Shown here: one piece after another, positions 43,556 through 54,645 of the stretch
Layout: every line of letters starts with the position of its first letter
Position numbering within the stretch: the stretch's first letter is position 1
NCBI GenBank assembly: GCA_965249485.1
Contig: OZ252239.1
Location: 1,952,001 to 2,016,000 of the forward strand
Direction of reading: 5' to 3'
Length of the DNA: 64,000 bases
Source of the DNA: a bacterium
GTDB lineage: Bacteria > SM23-31
Notes under the pieces: model-generated
Databases searched by the model: none
Told to the model about the DNA's origin: nothing
Seen by the model: only the letters and a program-made list of their open reading frames with translations
Made by a program: the position numbers and the translations under genes

Positions 43556-44452
43556 ATGCTGACAATGCGATTTCATTCATACAGTTGTAAATTCAAATTG
43601 TTATTACTATGGTTAACTATTCCACTCTTGTTTGCCTGCAGTAATGGAAAAATTCCGGAAGAAATTGAACCGGTTACCGGTATAACATTTACTCCGGAAC
43701 CATTTGAGCCGGATTTTGACTGGAAAGGTAAAACAGTTCTGCTCGAATCGTTTACCGGTTCGGAATGTCCGCCATGCCTTGGGATTGCTCTTGCGCTTGA
43801 CGGGCTTCTGGAGTCATATGGCGATACATACCTTGCGATTTTGGAGTACCACGTAAACATTCCCGCACCCGACCCGATGGAAAACAGGTATTCCCATTTG
43901 AGACGGTTTGAATACGATGTGTACCGGGCGCCAATGACATTTTTCGATGGAGAAGAGAAGTTTCGCGGCGGAGGAAATGATACAACCGCACAAAGATACT
44001 ATCAGAACTATTATCAGGAATTAAAGTCCCGGCTTAAAGAAGAACCTCTCTTGACAATGCAGGCTGAGACATCACTGGTTAACGATAATGTAATTGTTGC
44101 AGATATTACAGTGTCTAATCAACCCAATAATACAAAGTACATTATTGCGCTCGTTGAGAATGACGTAGACTTTCTTGGGAAAAACCGCATAAACAGTCAT
44201 CAAAAAGTAGTGCGGAGACTTGAAGAATTCGTCCCTGATGAACAAGGAAGTGCCCGCCACAAATTTGACATCAGTGACATAACAATCCAAAATGAAAAGT
44301 GGCTCACTACTCTCGAAAAAAATTACAGCCCTTTTACGTTTCGAGAGAAAATGCATAACATGAGCATAAACTCGATGCAAATAGTCGTTTTTGCACAGGA
44401 TTCTACTACTCAGAAAATCCATAATGCGTATGTAAGTGATATAACTCAGTAA
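43556..44452 (+). CDS. Thioredoxin-fold/Omp28-like lipoprotein
   Basis: LFAC lipobox, LLESFTGSECPPC, LEYH, VVR, VVFAQD. Confidence 0.7.
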   Translation: MLTMRFHSYSCKFKLLLLWLTIPLLFACSNGKIPEEIEPVTGITFTPEPFEPDFDWKGKTVLLESFTGSECPPCLGIALALDGLLESYGDTYLAILEYHVNIPAPDPMENRYSHLRRFEYDVYRAPMTFFDGEEKFRGGGNDTTAQRYYQNYYQELKSRLKEEPLLTMQAETSLVNDNVIVADITVSNQPNNTKYIIALVENDVDFLGKNRINSHQKVVRRLEEFVPDEQGSARHKFDISDITIQNEKWLTTLEKNYSPFTFREKMHNMSINSMQIVVFAQDSTTQKIHNAYVSDITQ

Positions 44453-44751
44453 CACGTGCTTGGCATTAAGAAATCCCGTTGGATTATGACGCATTGACAC
44501 ACAACTTCTCCAAAATTGTTCTTGAAATGTACCAGCTTCTCATGTATATTATACAATCATCCTATAGCATAAGCGATTAACTATCTAAATTGGCTTTCCC
44601 CCTTTTCATAAAACTGCAATTATTCATAGTGTTAATTGTTTCTGAATTTGCAAATAATTATCGTGATGCAGTTTGGTCGCAATATATATAAAGTTGGTAT
44701 GATCTGGATTTCTTACTATACTTCAATCTCAATACGAGGAAAGCAGATAAG

Positions 44752-44958
44752 ATGAAAGGTAAAATCGAACGTCTATCTCCAAAACAGGGAGTCGGATTCA
44801 TTCGCTCTGAATCGGGTGAAGAATATTTTTTTAACAAATTTGGCCTTGAAGGAGTAGACATCCAATCCTTTGAGGTGGGCGATACCGTTGAATTTGTTAT
44901 TGAAGAGTTTCAAGATAGAGAGTCGCGTGCAGTAAAAATAAGAATTGCTCTTCCCTGA
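44752..44958 (+). CDS. Cold-shock domain protein
   Basis: MKGKI...GVGFIRSESGEEYFF...VGDTVEF...RA. Confidence 0.8.
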   Translation: MKGKIERLSPKQGVGFIRSESGEEYFFNKFGLEGVDIQSFEVGDTVEFVIEEFQDRESRAVKIRIALP

Positions 44959-45529
44959 CACCTTCCCATTTAGTGTTTAAGATAATATGTGTTATCACAC
45001 TATAATACAATGAGTTGAATTGTGTATTCACTCTTCAACTCACATGCCTTAACGTATAATTCGTTTACTCTATACATTATTACACCCAATAATTATTAAA
45101 CAAATAGAAAATAGAAAAAGCTCTTTTTATATAATTATCTAAAGCATTTTAAGCAAAAAACAGTTTATACGGTTCAATAACGGTACATATTATGAATCAG
45201 ATCTTCAAAATGAACTCTGATTAACTCCAATAATTCCTGGAATTATCTCCGTTAACTAGATCACCCAAACATGAACCAATCTGTCTCTTAATGTTAAGAC
45301 TATAACAGTCCAACTTGTTCTGAGCCCTTACATCGGCGAGGTAACGTCAAGCTTTTCGGGCAGAGTTATCATGCACACCGCTATAGGGGATTAAACGAAT
45401 TGTTGATTTACTTATCGGAAAACAGCTTCCTGGAATTTGCTAAGTAATACATTGCAATATTAATTTGGTTCAGCTGGCAGCAATCACTATATTGAAATAA
45501 AGACATCTGAAGAAAATAGTAGTACGATT

Positions 45530-46210
45530 ATGATTTATGTAATAACCGGATTTATAGCCGGATCATTACATGTATTGTCAGGACCCGACCATCTGTCTGC
45601 CGTTGCTCCGTTATCGCTCGATAGAGGGAAATCTTCATGGATAACCGGATTTTCGTGGGGTCTTGGTCATACTATCGGAGTTATTATTATCGGCGTATTG
45701 GCTCTGCTTGGCCGTGAGTTTATACCAGTGGAATTAATTTCGTCGTGGAGTGAAAGATTTGTCGGAGTCATATTAATTGGTATCGGTATATGGGGAATCA
45801 AAAAGCTCATGACCAATAAAGTTCACGCCCACGAGCACAAGCACGATCAGGAGGAAAATGAGGTACAGCATATGCACATTCATGTGCATCCAAAATCCGG
45901 TGACCATTCGGTGAATCATTCTCACAATCATAGCCATACTGCTCTTTCAATCGGTTTTATCCATGGGATTGCGGGAAGTTCGCACCTGTTCGGTATATTG
46001 CCTGCGCTTGCATTGCCCTCAACAGCTGCTTCTGCAGTTTACCTCAGCGGTTATGCAGTGGGTTCAATCCTTTCAATGGCACTCTGTACAACCCTGATTG
46101 GATTGACTATGGAGAAATTATCCGGTCGAATAGCGTTTTTGTACAACAAAATGTTGCTCGGTTTTAGTCTGCTGGCGGTCTGCGTAGGTATATTTTGGAT
46201 TATAACATAG
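45530..46210 (+). CDS. Nickel/cobalt transporter (UreH/HoxN-like) with His-rich loop
   Basis: HVLSGPDH, WGLGH, HxH-rich central loop, GFIHGIAGS. Confidence 0.8.
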   Translation: MIYVITGFIAGSLHVLSGPDHLSAVAPLSLDRGKSSWITGFSWGLGHTIGVIIIGVLALLGREFIPVELISSWSERFVGVILIGIGIWGIKKLMTNKVHAHEHKHDQEENEVQHMHIHVHPKSGDHSVNHSHNHSHTALSIGFIHGIAGSSHLFGILPALALPSTAASAVYLSGYAVGSILSMALCTTLIGLTMEKLSGRIAFLYNKMLLGFSLLAVCVGIFWIIT

Positions 46211-46483
46211 TTTTTACAATTCATACTAGAGAGTTTACCTTCAAGCATAAAAATGTTGAAGCTATATCATTAAAGATGTGCAATTCTGACAATAAAACGT
46301 TAAATGTACTCTGGTAAAAGGTTGAAAAATCAATAACAAACCTGCATACTATATGGCAATTGTGCTCATTGCCTGATTTTTTGCAAATTTAATATTGAAC
46401 TTCTATATTAAAACCATATGGTAATAAACAAACTATGAATATTATAGATCATCACTTTTTACTCATTTAATTACGGAGGAGAA

Positions 46484-46882
46484 ATGCGTAATTTTATTAT
46501 CACAACTATGTGTTGTATGTTGCTTCTGTTCATTGCCTGTGCCACAACGGGGGAAGGAGGGTCAGGAAGCCGTTATATTGTTACAATAGAAGAGATTCAA
46601 GCAGTAAATGCGTCGACTGCTTTTGAGATTCTTCAGCGGTTACGGCCGGGACTCCTGAACAGGGACATGCAAAGAGTAGGCAGACTTGATGAAGGAGCAG
46701 TCACCGATCTTCGCCAACCGGTTCTTACATATGTTAACGGTATCAGGTTCGGTGAAAAGGCATCACTGCAAACTATTGATGCCTCTACTATACAGGAAAT
46801 TCGCTATTACCCGCCTGATGAAGCAACCATGAAATTTGGCGCAATTGCACGGGGCGGTGTTTTTGATATTACCCCTAAATAA
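46484..46882 (+). CDS. Small lipoprotein resembling an isolated TonB-receptor plug subdomain
   Basis: FIAC lipobox, I..EEI, LQRLRP, YVNG, IQEIRY...FG...GGVFDI. Confidence 0.6.
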   Translation: MRNFIITTMCCMLLLFIACATTGEGGSGSRYIVTIEEIQAVNASTAFEILQRLRPGLLNRDMQRVGRLDEGAVTDLRQPVLTYVNGIRFGEKASLQTIDASTIQEIRYYPPDEATMKFGAIARGGVFDITPK

Positions 46883-47142
46883 CTAATGGTATAAATTATT
46901 CATCAAATACGCCCTTTTTTAGAATTGTTTCTCTGAAAAGTTGTACTATAAGCGCACGTAGTAATCTTTGCGGCAGCGGTATTACTTCATGAAATTACGT
47001 TGAGTAGTTAATAAATACTTTGATTTTATTGTGCTAATTTATGATTTCCATTTGGTTTTACAGGAAGTTTATTCTATATTAAGTTTGTAGAGCATATCAA
47101 TTAAAAATTTATAAACATTACCAATGTAAATATAGGTGATTT

Positions 47143-47541
47143 ATGAGAAAAAGATTGATAGGAATTATTACACTTTGCGCTCTAATGCTTTTTATTGGGT
47201 GTGCTGCTGGTGCAGGCGGTCAGCGAATAATCAGAGATCGAAATATCATTGAAGAGGCAGAAATCAATTCGGCACCTCATGCCGATTCGGTCTGGAAACT
47301 GATTGAAATCCTAAGACCGACACTCTTGACACGGGACACAAGAAGAATTTCCGCAATTACAGGTTCTGGAGGAATTGATGCGCTTGTTTACATAAACGGA
47401 TCCCGTGTAGGAACTAAAACTTATCTCTACAACATAGCTCCGTACAATATATCTCGAATCGAGTATATTGATGGCTTTACAGCACCATCCCGGTATGGTT
47501 ATGATGCCGCAGGGGGCGTGTTTTTGATAACATATCGGTAG
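47143..47541 (+). CDS. Small plug-like lipoprotein (paralog of 46484..46882)
   Basis: FIGC lipobox, IEEAEI, LRP, VYING, ISRIEY...YG...GGVFLIT. Confidence 0.6.
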   Translation: MRKRLIGIITLCALMLFIGCAAGAGGQRIIRDRNIIEEAEINSAPHADSVWKLIEILRPTLLTRDTRRISAITGSGGIDALVYINGSRVGTKTYLYNIAPYNISRIEYIDGFTAPSRYGYDAAGGVFLITYR

Positions 47542-47625
47542 ATTACGGATTTGCCTGTAGGTACATCGTGAGAAAAGTGTATATTACTGCCAATTAAAAA
47601 TGGCAGGAGCAATATTAAATCTTCT

Positions 47626-47663
47626 TGAAAAAGACGTGTATGGAGTCATGCACGTCTTTTTCA
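47626..47663. terminator. Intrinsic terminator
   Basis: TGAAAAAGACGTGTATG...CATGCACGTCTTTTTCA. Confidence 0.7.
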
Positions 47664-48331
47664 TTGTACTATAAAATTTATAGATAAGTTGAAATTATTG
47701 AAAACCAATCATGATGTTAATCACAATACTGGAATAAATCTCCGGAACTTGTCTAATATACTGAGGTCAATATATTATTTCAAGCACAATATTCGATATA
47801 TCAAATATATTAATCATCAATGTAAACGACGAGTCTAATCAAATATGTCGTCTTGTAGACAGAATTCAGTCATAAGTAAAGCATAAACGGCCTAAAGTAT
47901 TAGCCTTGAAAAATATAAACGGGCTGCATATGAATGTTTAGTGGTTTGTGTAGCTGAATTATATGATTAGGGAGTAGAAAATACTTGTAATTGCACGATG
48001 CATAACTTATCATTTATGTTTTAGAATCCAATACATTCTGACCAAATTTTTCACATCTTAAAAAGCCTCAAATTTCAACACGAACATGGATTATTCTCTT
48101 TTTGAGAATTGATATGGGGAATATCAGTTAGAAGTTTTGAAAATTAGAGTTTCATCCATATCACCGTCTGAAATTTTATTTATAGAGTTTTAATTTTTCA
48201 CTATTGAACCGATAATAATATAATTGAAGATTTTAGTATTTACATAGTATTGGATATACTTCTGTTTTTCAATCGTCTCAATACTTATCAAATTTGAGTT
48301 AAATTTTTGATATTCCAGAGGCATTTCCTCT

Positions 48332-51139
48332 ATGCTGATAAGAGTATTCATACAAATACATAGAATCGTATATATTTTCATTCTACTGACATTCGCGGCT
48401 TTGACCACTCAGCTTCACGCTCAGGTCAATCACGATGAGTTGCAACCTGTCATGTATATTCCCCTGACCACATTCGAATATGGAAGTGCGCCGTTCTTGA
48501 TATCTGGACCGGTCAACGTGCTTATCGTCGGCGAAGATGCAGTACGGGTATATTTTGATCTGGAAAATTCGGGAAGTTCTGGAATCAAAGAGCTGCAGGT
48601 CTGGCTTATGGCTTACTATCAGGATCGCACCGAGCCTGTATTGTTCGAGAGAACGTTTTCAACATTGATAGAGCCCGGTGCTGCAAACAGCTTTACCTGG
48701 AATGTGCCGACTGAAAACTTCGGCGAACCAAGGGATGGAGTGATAGTTCCGTATAGGATTGAATTTGTAGATGATACAGTTTGGAATTTAAATGATTATT
48801 ACCAGACTACTGGGAAAGGCAATCAGGAACAACCAGTTATGAATGATTTCCCGTTAAGCAAAAACAGCAACCCCGGAACGGAATCCTCATTCACCGGAAA
48901 ATCGATCAATGCAATACAAGTATCCGGTCCAATAAACATTGACGGTGTCTTGGACGAAGATGCCTGGAAAAGTGCGGATCCTGCAACCGGATTTTTACAA
49001 TCGGAACCAACCGAAGGATTGGATGCTTCCGAAAACACCGAAGTCTTTGTCCTGTATGATGAAAACAATCTGTATATCGGTGCAAATCTGTATGACAGCA
49101 ATCCTGATGGTGTGCTCGGATTTCTGAAAAAGCGTGACGTAAACATATCATCTGATGACCGGTTTATGTTGATCATCGATACATTTCTGGACGGGAGAAC
49201 AGGATACTATTTTGAAACAAACCCGGCAGGATTGTTGGGTGACGGATTGATAGGATCAACCGGCGGCAGAGGTGGCGGTGGTACTGGTACCAGTGTGCTC
49301 GTATTGGGGGGAGGTGGAGTTGCACCGGGTGGATTGATTCTTGGTGTTGGGTATGTCAATAAATCGTGGGATGGGATCTGGACCGTTGAAACATCACTCC
49401 ATGAAAAGGGATGGACAGCGGAGATACGCATACCTTTTCAGACCTTAAATTTCGATCCGGCAAGTGATGTTTGGGGCATTAATTTCCAGAGATCCATACG
49501 TCGGAAAAGTGAAGAATCAAGATGGAGCGGTCATAAACGAAATCAGCTGCTCACAAGTCCAGTGCATGCAGGCAGGTTGAACGGTCTGCAGGATTTGTCG
49601 CAGGGTGTTGGTGTTGAGATTATACCGTACGCTACAATCGGAAGACAAAACGTCCCAAATATTATTGATAAGGGAGTTCTTTTGCCGAATCCCGAAGACC
49701 AGTCGGAAACACCGTCGGATGTAGGTATCGACATCTCCTATAATATTACATCAAGTCTTCGCGGGGCAGTATCGATCAATACTGATTTCGCCGAAGTTGA
49801 GGTTGACCAAAGAAGAGTCAATCTGACCCGGTTCCCTTTGTTCTTTCAGGAAAAGCGGGATTTTTTTCTCGAAGGATCAAGTGTGTTCAGTTTTGCTCCT
49901 CTAAATGGTGTAAATCCTTATTTCAGCAGAAGAATCGGCCTTTCCGAAGGAGAACAGATCCCTATAGTGTTTGGTGCGCGTCTTGGCGGAACAATCGGAC
50001 GCAATGAAATTGGATTTGTTCAAGTCAGGACCGATGAGAACCTGAATGCGGCTACCCCTGTAGAAGATTTCTCCATTGCCCGGGTCAAGCGGTCACTTTT
50101 TGAACAATCATCAGTAGGTTTGATCTATACCCTGCGAGCAGGCAAAGCAATCAATGGCAGTCCTGCTCCTAAAGACCGTCATACTATTGGAGCCGACCTT
50201 AAGTTAGCCACATCGAATTTTCTGGTTAATAAGAACCTCGAATTTGAGGGATTTTTATTGTGGAATTCCGATCCTGAAAATGGAGGCACTGCATCATTTG
50301 ATGACCTCAGTGCGCGCGGAATCAGGATTAATTATCCAAACGATCTTTTTGATGGGCATGTATCGTACAGAGAGTTCGGAGAAGAATACGATCCGGCGGT
50401 CGGATTCGTAACAAGGAATGGTTTCCGCCGTGTGGAGCCGAGAATCGGTTTCAATCCCCGGCCGGATTTTATTCCATGGATACGGCAAATAAAAACATGG
50501 GGGCAGTGGAGACACCTCTGGGATATGTCGAACAGACTTGTAACAAGAAATGTCCAATACAACCTGTTTGAGATCATTCTTGAAGACGGCTCCAATTTTG
50601 AGCTTCAATTAATCCGGAATCTTGAACTGCTTGATGAAGAATTCGAGATTCATGACGGAGTTGTGCTCCCTGCCGGAGAATACAAGTATAACATGTGGAG
50701 AATTTCCGGATGGTCTGCTGGACATCGTCCGTTATCGATACAATATATATTGAGTGGGGGAGATTTCTGGTCCGGTGATAGAATGCAATACAGTTTCAGC
50801 TTCCATTACAAACCGTTTCCGGGAATTGAGATTAAATCAAGTATACAGCACAATGATGTGTCCTTGCCTCAGGGAGACTTTACAACAAATTTGTTTCAAT
50901 TTGAGGGAGGTGTTCATCTGACACCGTGGTCTTCGTTTATCAGCAGTCTGCAATATGACGATGTGAGTGAAGTGATCGGATTGTTTTCCAAATTCAGGTG
51001 GACCGTCAATCCGGGTAATGATATCTTTCTGGTTTATACACAGAACTGGAGAAATATAGGCGATTCTGTATGGGATTTCGATACGAAATTACTCTCACGG
51101 GGCGGAACATCAAAGATCAACTATACACACCGATTTTAA
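48332..51139 (+). CDS. DUF5916/CBM9-like domain outer-membrane protein with extra N-terminal domain
   Basis: IDGVLDE..W, DTFLD, EIRIPF, WGINF, NTDFAEVEVD...NLTRF..FF.EKRDFFLEG, FSRRIG, C-terminal ...YTHRF. Confidence 0.8.
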   Translation: MLIRVFIQIHRIVYIFILLTFAALTTQLHAQVNHDELQPVMYIPLTTFEYGSAPFLISGPVNVLIVGEDAVRVYFDLENSGSSGIKELQVWLMAYYQDRTEPVLFERTFSTLIEPGAANSFTWNVPTENFGEPRDGVIVPYRIEFVDDTVWNLNDYYQTTGKGNQEQPVMNDFPLSKNSNPGTESSFTGKSINAIQVSGPINIDGVLDEDAWKSADPATGFLQSEPTEGLDASENTEVFVLYDENNLYIGANLYDSNPDGVLGFLKKRDVNISSDDRFMLIIDTFLDGRTGYYFETNPAGLLGDGLIGSTGGRGGGGTGTSVLVLGGGGVAPGGLILGVGYVNKSWDGIWTVETSLHEKGWTAEIRIPFQTLNFDPASDVWGINFQRSIRRKSEESRWSGHKRNQLLTSPVHAGRLNGLQDLSQGVGVEIIPYATIGRQNVPNIIDKGVLLPNPEDQSETPSDVGIDISYNITSSLRGAVSINTDFAEVEVDQRRVNLTRFPLFFQEKRDFFLEGSSVFSFAPLNGVNPYFSRRIGLSEGEQIPIVFGARLGGTIGRNEIGFVQVRTDENLNAATPVEDFSIARVKRSLFEQSSVGLIYTLRAGKAINGSPAPKDRHTIGADLKLATSNFLVNKNLEFEGFLLWNSDPENGGTASFDDLSARGIRINYPNDLFDGHVSYREFGEEYDPAVGFVTRNGFRRVEPRIGFNPRPDFIPWIRQIKTWGQWRHLWDMSNRLVTRNVQYNLFEIILEDGSNFELQLIRNLELLDEEFEIHDGVVLPAGEYKYNMWRISGWSAGHRPLSIQYILSGGDFWSGDRMQYSFSFHYKPFPGIEIKSSIQHNDVSLPQGDFTTNLFQFEGGVHLTPWSSFISSLQYDDVSEVIGLFSKFRWTVNPGNDIFLVYTQNWRNIGDSVWDFDTKLLSRGGTSKINYTHRF

Positions 51140-51496
51140 CGATTATTTTAAAAATAATCCCAAAGGTTCGTAAACCGCCATACACACTCCAATTAAAAGT
51201 AATCTCAATAATTATTCAACACCAATTCGAAGAAGTTCGTCAAAATCTCCGCTGTTACGTTATCTGCCTCCATACCAGGTACACTGTGACAGGTGGTCCT
51301 GAATATCCTAATTATATTAAAAAATAAATTCAATTTATTCTGCAACATTTGTGTTAATGTCTTCGTCATTATTATTAAACGATCAGGGCCGGTAACCGGA
51401 AAGAAGTATGGTTTTAGAAGAAATCGATCTCTTACGAAAAGTACGAAATGAAAGAGATATGATATGAATGAATTTTACGTTTGCAAGGAGTAATAA

Positions 51497-51751
51497 ATGA
51501 AGTTTTTTAAGCAATTATGTATTTATTTGTCACGGCTTATCACTTCGCCGTTCGGGTATGAATTTTTCAATCCATTTGAAGAAAACGGTATTTCAGATCA
51601 TTCGCAGTATTCGGATAATTTCGATCATAAAGAATCCAATACACCAAAGGAAAACAAAAGTTTCAAATCAGATTATCATTTCAATACTATTTCAATTTTA
51701 TCTAGTAATGAAAATAGGAGGCTCGATCATGAAGATGTCTCCATTAGGTAA
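51497..51751 (+). CDS. Hypothetical protein or remnant
   Basis: AAGGAG RBS and ATG; no recognisable motif. Confidence 0.3.
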   Translation: MKFFKQLCIYLSRLITSPFGYEFFNPFEENGISDHSQYSDNFDHKESNTPKENKSFKSDYHFNTISILSSNENRRLDHEDVSIR

Positions 51752-51983
51752 GCGTTTCTTCAACACCGATAAACATGCCGACACTGATATCAAAAATGCG
51801 GCATTAAACGTTTTTTCTTGATTTATCATTGGGATCTTTTAGAGCTCTAATAACTGAATATAAGTTCTTAGCATACAAAACTATATAAGCCCTCGTTAAG
51901 TTTTGCAAGCTTGCAGGCAGGATGTAGTATGGTAAACTATTCTGAAAATGGCCGAATCAAAGTAAACTTGGAAGGATACTCAA

Positions 51984-52973
51984 ATGAAAGCAATTGTATG
52001 CACAAAATACGGGCAACCGGATGTTCTTCAGCTCCAAGAGGTAGAAAAACCTGTTCCTAAAGATAATGAAGTACTTATAAAGGTTCACGCAGCAACAGCA
52101 ACAACAGCGAGCCTCAACGGTCGAAAAGGCCAACCATTTATTGGTAGATTTTTCATGGGTCTCACAAAACCCAAAAAAAACATACTTGGGCAAGAGTTAG
52201 CCGGGGAAATTGTAGCAGTTGGCAAAGATGTAAAATTATTCAAAGAGGGTGGCCAAGTTTTTGGAAATACCGGGTTCGCTTTTGGTGCTCATGGTGAGTT
52301 TACATGTCTTCCTGAAGACGGGGCACTTGACATAAAACCTAACAATATGAATTATGAGGAATCTGTCGCTATTGTTGAAGGCGGATTAACAGCCTTGAAT
52401 TTTTTTAGAAAAGGAAATATCCAGAGAGGACAAAAAGTTTGTATCTATGGCGCTGGCGCTTCCGGGTCGGTAGGTACTGCTTCGATACAGATTGCCAAAT
52501 ACTTTGGGGCGGAAGTTACCGGGGTATGTAGTACTGTTAATTTGGAATTGGTGAAATCTCTGGGAGCCGATATTGTAATTGATTATACAAAAGAGGATTT
52601 CACCAAAAACGGCCAGACCTATGACATTATTTTTGACACGGTAGGCAAGCGCTCATTTTCACGTTGTAAAGGCTCGCTAACGCAAAAAGGTGTCTATCTT
52701 GATGCCGGCAAGTTGGCGACTATTTTTCCAATGTTATGGACTTCAATGTTCGGCAGTAAAAAAGCCATTCTTACGGCCACGTATGTGAGGCCGGCAAGAG
52801 AAATAATTAAAGATCTAATTTTCCTCAAAGAGCTGATTGAGGCGGGAAAGATTCAATCGGTCATTGATAGACGCTATCCGTTAGAACAGACTGCCGAGGC
52901 TCACAGGTATGTCGACAAAGGACACAAAAAGGGAAATGTAGTAATTACTTTGGAACATAATAACAAAACCTAA
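51984..52973 (+). CDS. NAD(P)-dependent MDR oxidoreductase (alcohol dehydrogenase/quinone reductase-like), integron cassette gene
   Basis: [49 protein letters not shown]. The stop codon overlaps the attC R'' box. Confidence 0.9.
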   Translation: MKAIVCTKYGQPDVLQLQEVEKPVPKDNEVLIKVHAATATTASLNGRKGQPFIGRFFMGLTKPKKNILGQELAGEIVAVGKDVKLFKEGGQVFGNTGFAFGAHGEFTCLPEDGALDIKPNNMNYEESVAIVEGGLTALNFFRKGNIQRGQKVCIYGAGASGSVGTASIQIAKYFGAEVTGVCSTVNLELVKSLGADIVIDYTKEDFTKNGQTYDIIFDTVGKRSFSRCKGSLTQKGVYLDAGKLATIFPMLWTSMFGSKKAILTATYVRPAREIIKDLIFLKELIEAGKIQSVIDRRYPLEQTAEAHRYVDKGHKKGNVVITLEHNNKT

Positions 52974-53097
52974 CGAAGCGTTGCAGTTGACGACGTGGAG
53001 CTGTGGTTTATATTAATGTTTCTGGGTTGCAACGGGTTTTAGTTGGTCGGACGGTTTTCGGCAGACCCCCGAATCAACTGATCTTAGGTCGTTATAT
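52968..53097 (+). mobile_element. Integron attC site
   Basis: R'' ACCTAAC, L'' CAGTTGA, central spacer, L' TCAACTG, R' GTTATAT; about 130 bp, followed by a GGAGG RBS. Confidence 0.8.
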
Positions 53098-53112
53098 GGA
53101 GGAAAATTGAAT

Positions 53113-53317
53113 ATGACAAATAATGACTCTACGCAATAAAAAACTATCAATTATTGTGCGATCTCTTATCAAATTAGTTCAGCTTATAATTTTTTTAGTC
53201 ATTCAATTTCCTCTCTTACCTCTAACAATAATCGGCTATATATTGACTGTTGTTAAAATCATACTTTATAGTAAAAAACATGGTTTATCAGCAATGTCTA
53301 ATTACTCTTTAGTATAA
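53113..53317 (+). pseudogene. Truncated second cassette ORF (hydrophobic N-terminal fragment)
   Basis: RBS-linked ATG at 53113 is out of frame with the 64-aa hydrophobic ORF (53123..53317), which runs into the convergent amidohydrolase end. Confidence 0.45.
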
Positions 53318-54645
53318 TATAACTCCCAAAGACTTGTCAGACCTTCATCTTGTGTAAGGTTTACAATTTTACCGTCCTTGATCACCATCTTAAGTTTCCT
53401 GATATTTGAAATATGCTCCAAAGGATTATCCTCAATGACGATCAGGTCAGCGAGTTTTCCTTCTTCAACCGTACCGATATCGTCCAGCATACCCATCATA
53501 TCAGCTGAATTACGGGTAGCGTTGATCAATACCTGCATTTCATCCAACCCTGATAACACCTGCTGTTCAAGTTCCAGTAATACTTGCTCTCCGATAGGGG
53601 TGCCGTCGCCGCCGGCAAGGACCCTGACACCTGCTTTTACCGCCTTGCGAAGAATGTTCCTCTGGTTTAATGCATGACTCGGTGTCCGTTCATCAATAAA
53701 AGCCACTTTGGTTCTTCCTTCGATGACCTCATCTGTATCGTTCAGGTCAAGTTCAGCGATTTTTTGCTCCCTCTCGGCAATATATTCAGCGCTCAAATTG
53801 CAGACAATAGTTGGATCATAAAACGTGCCCTTTTCCGCCATGAGCTGTATGGTTTCGTCACTGAGCCCATACCCGTGCTCAATGCAGTCGATACCGAGTT
53901 CTACAGCGATACGAGCAGCTTTTTCAGAGGAATGCGCTGTCACCGGAATCCCGAAACTATGTGCTGTCTCTATTGCCGATTTAATTTCATCGCGGTCGAG
54001 AACGTCTGCTACAATTTTAATAATCCCTGCTCCGAATCTAATATTCTTCCTGACGGCTCTTCGGACTTCATCGGGACCGTTAACTTGTACGCCACCGGGA
54101 TAAGGAGAAGCATAACCGTCGCCATGAGTTGATGAGATGCTCGGCCCGGAAGAAATGATCCGCGGCCCGACAAATACACCAGCATCGAAGGCTTTCCCCC
54201 ATGCAACATCGAGGTAATCTCTCTCCGCAACCATTCTGAGCGTAGTGATACCCCTTTGAAGAGCATCCATTGCCATTCTGCCGGCGCGTATTGCTGCCGG
54301 CAATGTAGGTTCATAGTCAAGTGTTTTTTTCACATCGGGGTGAATGTCGGATATATGGCAATGATTATCCCAAAATCCCGGAAGTACGTATGCCCCGTCA
54401 AGATCGATTATTCTTGTGTTGTTTTCAGCTGCGCTTCCACGATACATCCTATTCGATACTTCCGTTATTCTGTTACCCGTGATGATTACCGTCATATCTT
54501 CCAGGACGGGACCTCCGGTACAGTCTATCATGTTACAATTGGTCAGAACAGTCGTATAGTCATTCGAATTCTGAGCATGAACCTGACTGGGTAACAAAAA
54601 CGCAGTTGTCAGGATAGCAAAAAATAAAATTTTTGATAATTTCAC
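53302..54645 (-). CDS. Exported amidohydrolase (metal-dependent, prolidase-like subtype)
   Basis: Signal peptide, PGFWDNHCH, GITTLR, AHS, IEHG, G.D, GTVEEGKLADL. Confidence 0.88.
   Translation of the reverse strand: MKLSKILFFAILTTAFLLPSQVHAQNSNDYTTVLTNCNMIDCTGGPVLEDMTVIITGNRITEVSNRMYRGSAAENNTRIIDLDGAYVLPGFWDNHCHISDIHPDVKKTLDYEPTLPAAIRAGRMAMDALQRGITTLRMVAERDYLDVAWGKAFDAGVFVGPRIISSGPSISSTHGDGYASPYPGGVQVNGPDEVRRAVRKNIRFGAGIIKIVADVLDRDEIKSAIETAHSFGIPVTAHSSEKAARIAVELGIDCIEHGYGLSDETIQLMAEKGTFYDPTIVCNLSAEYIAEREQKIAELDLNDTDEVIEGRTKVAFIDERTPSHALNQRNILRKAVKAGVRVLAGGDGTPIGEQVLLELEQQVLSGLDEMQVLINATRNSADMMGMLDDIGTVEEGKLADLIVIEDNPLEHISNIRKLKMVIKDGKIVNLTQDEGLTSLWELYYTKE

Noticed and set aside
45240..45450. 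GC-richer patch upstream of the Ni transporter considered as 6S RNA or a metal riboswitch
   Set aside because: No convincing long stem or conserved motif found by eye. It may be a decayed ORF; an Rfam/Infernal search is needed.
47670..48330. Long AT-rich intergenic region as an ncRNA or origin
   Set aside because: No DnaA-box cluster, iterons or stable structure recognised; probably eroded sequence.
51845..51901. A complete second attC upstream of the oxidoreductase cassette
   Set aside because: Only the GTTRRRY core is evident; no paired L boxes or matching R'' were found.
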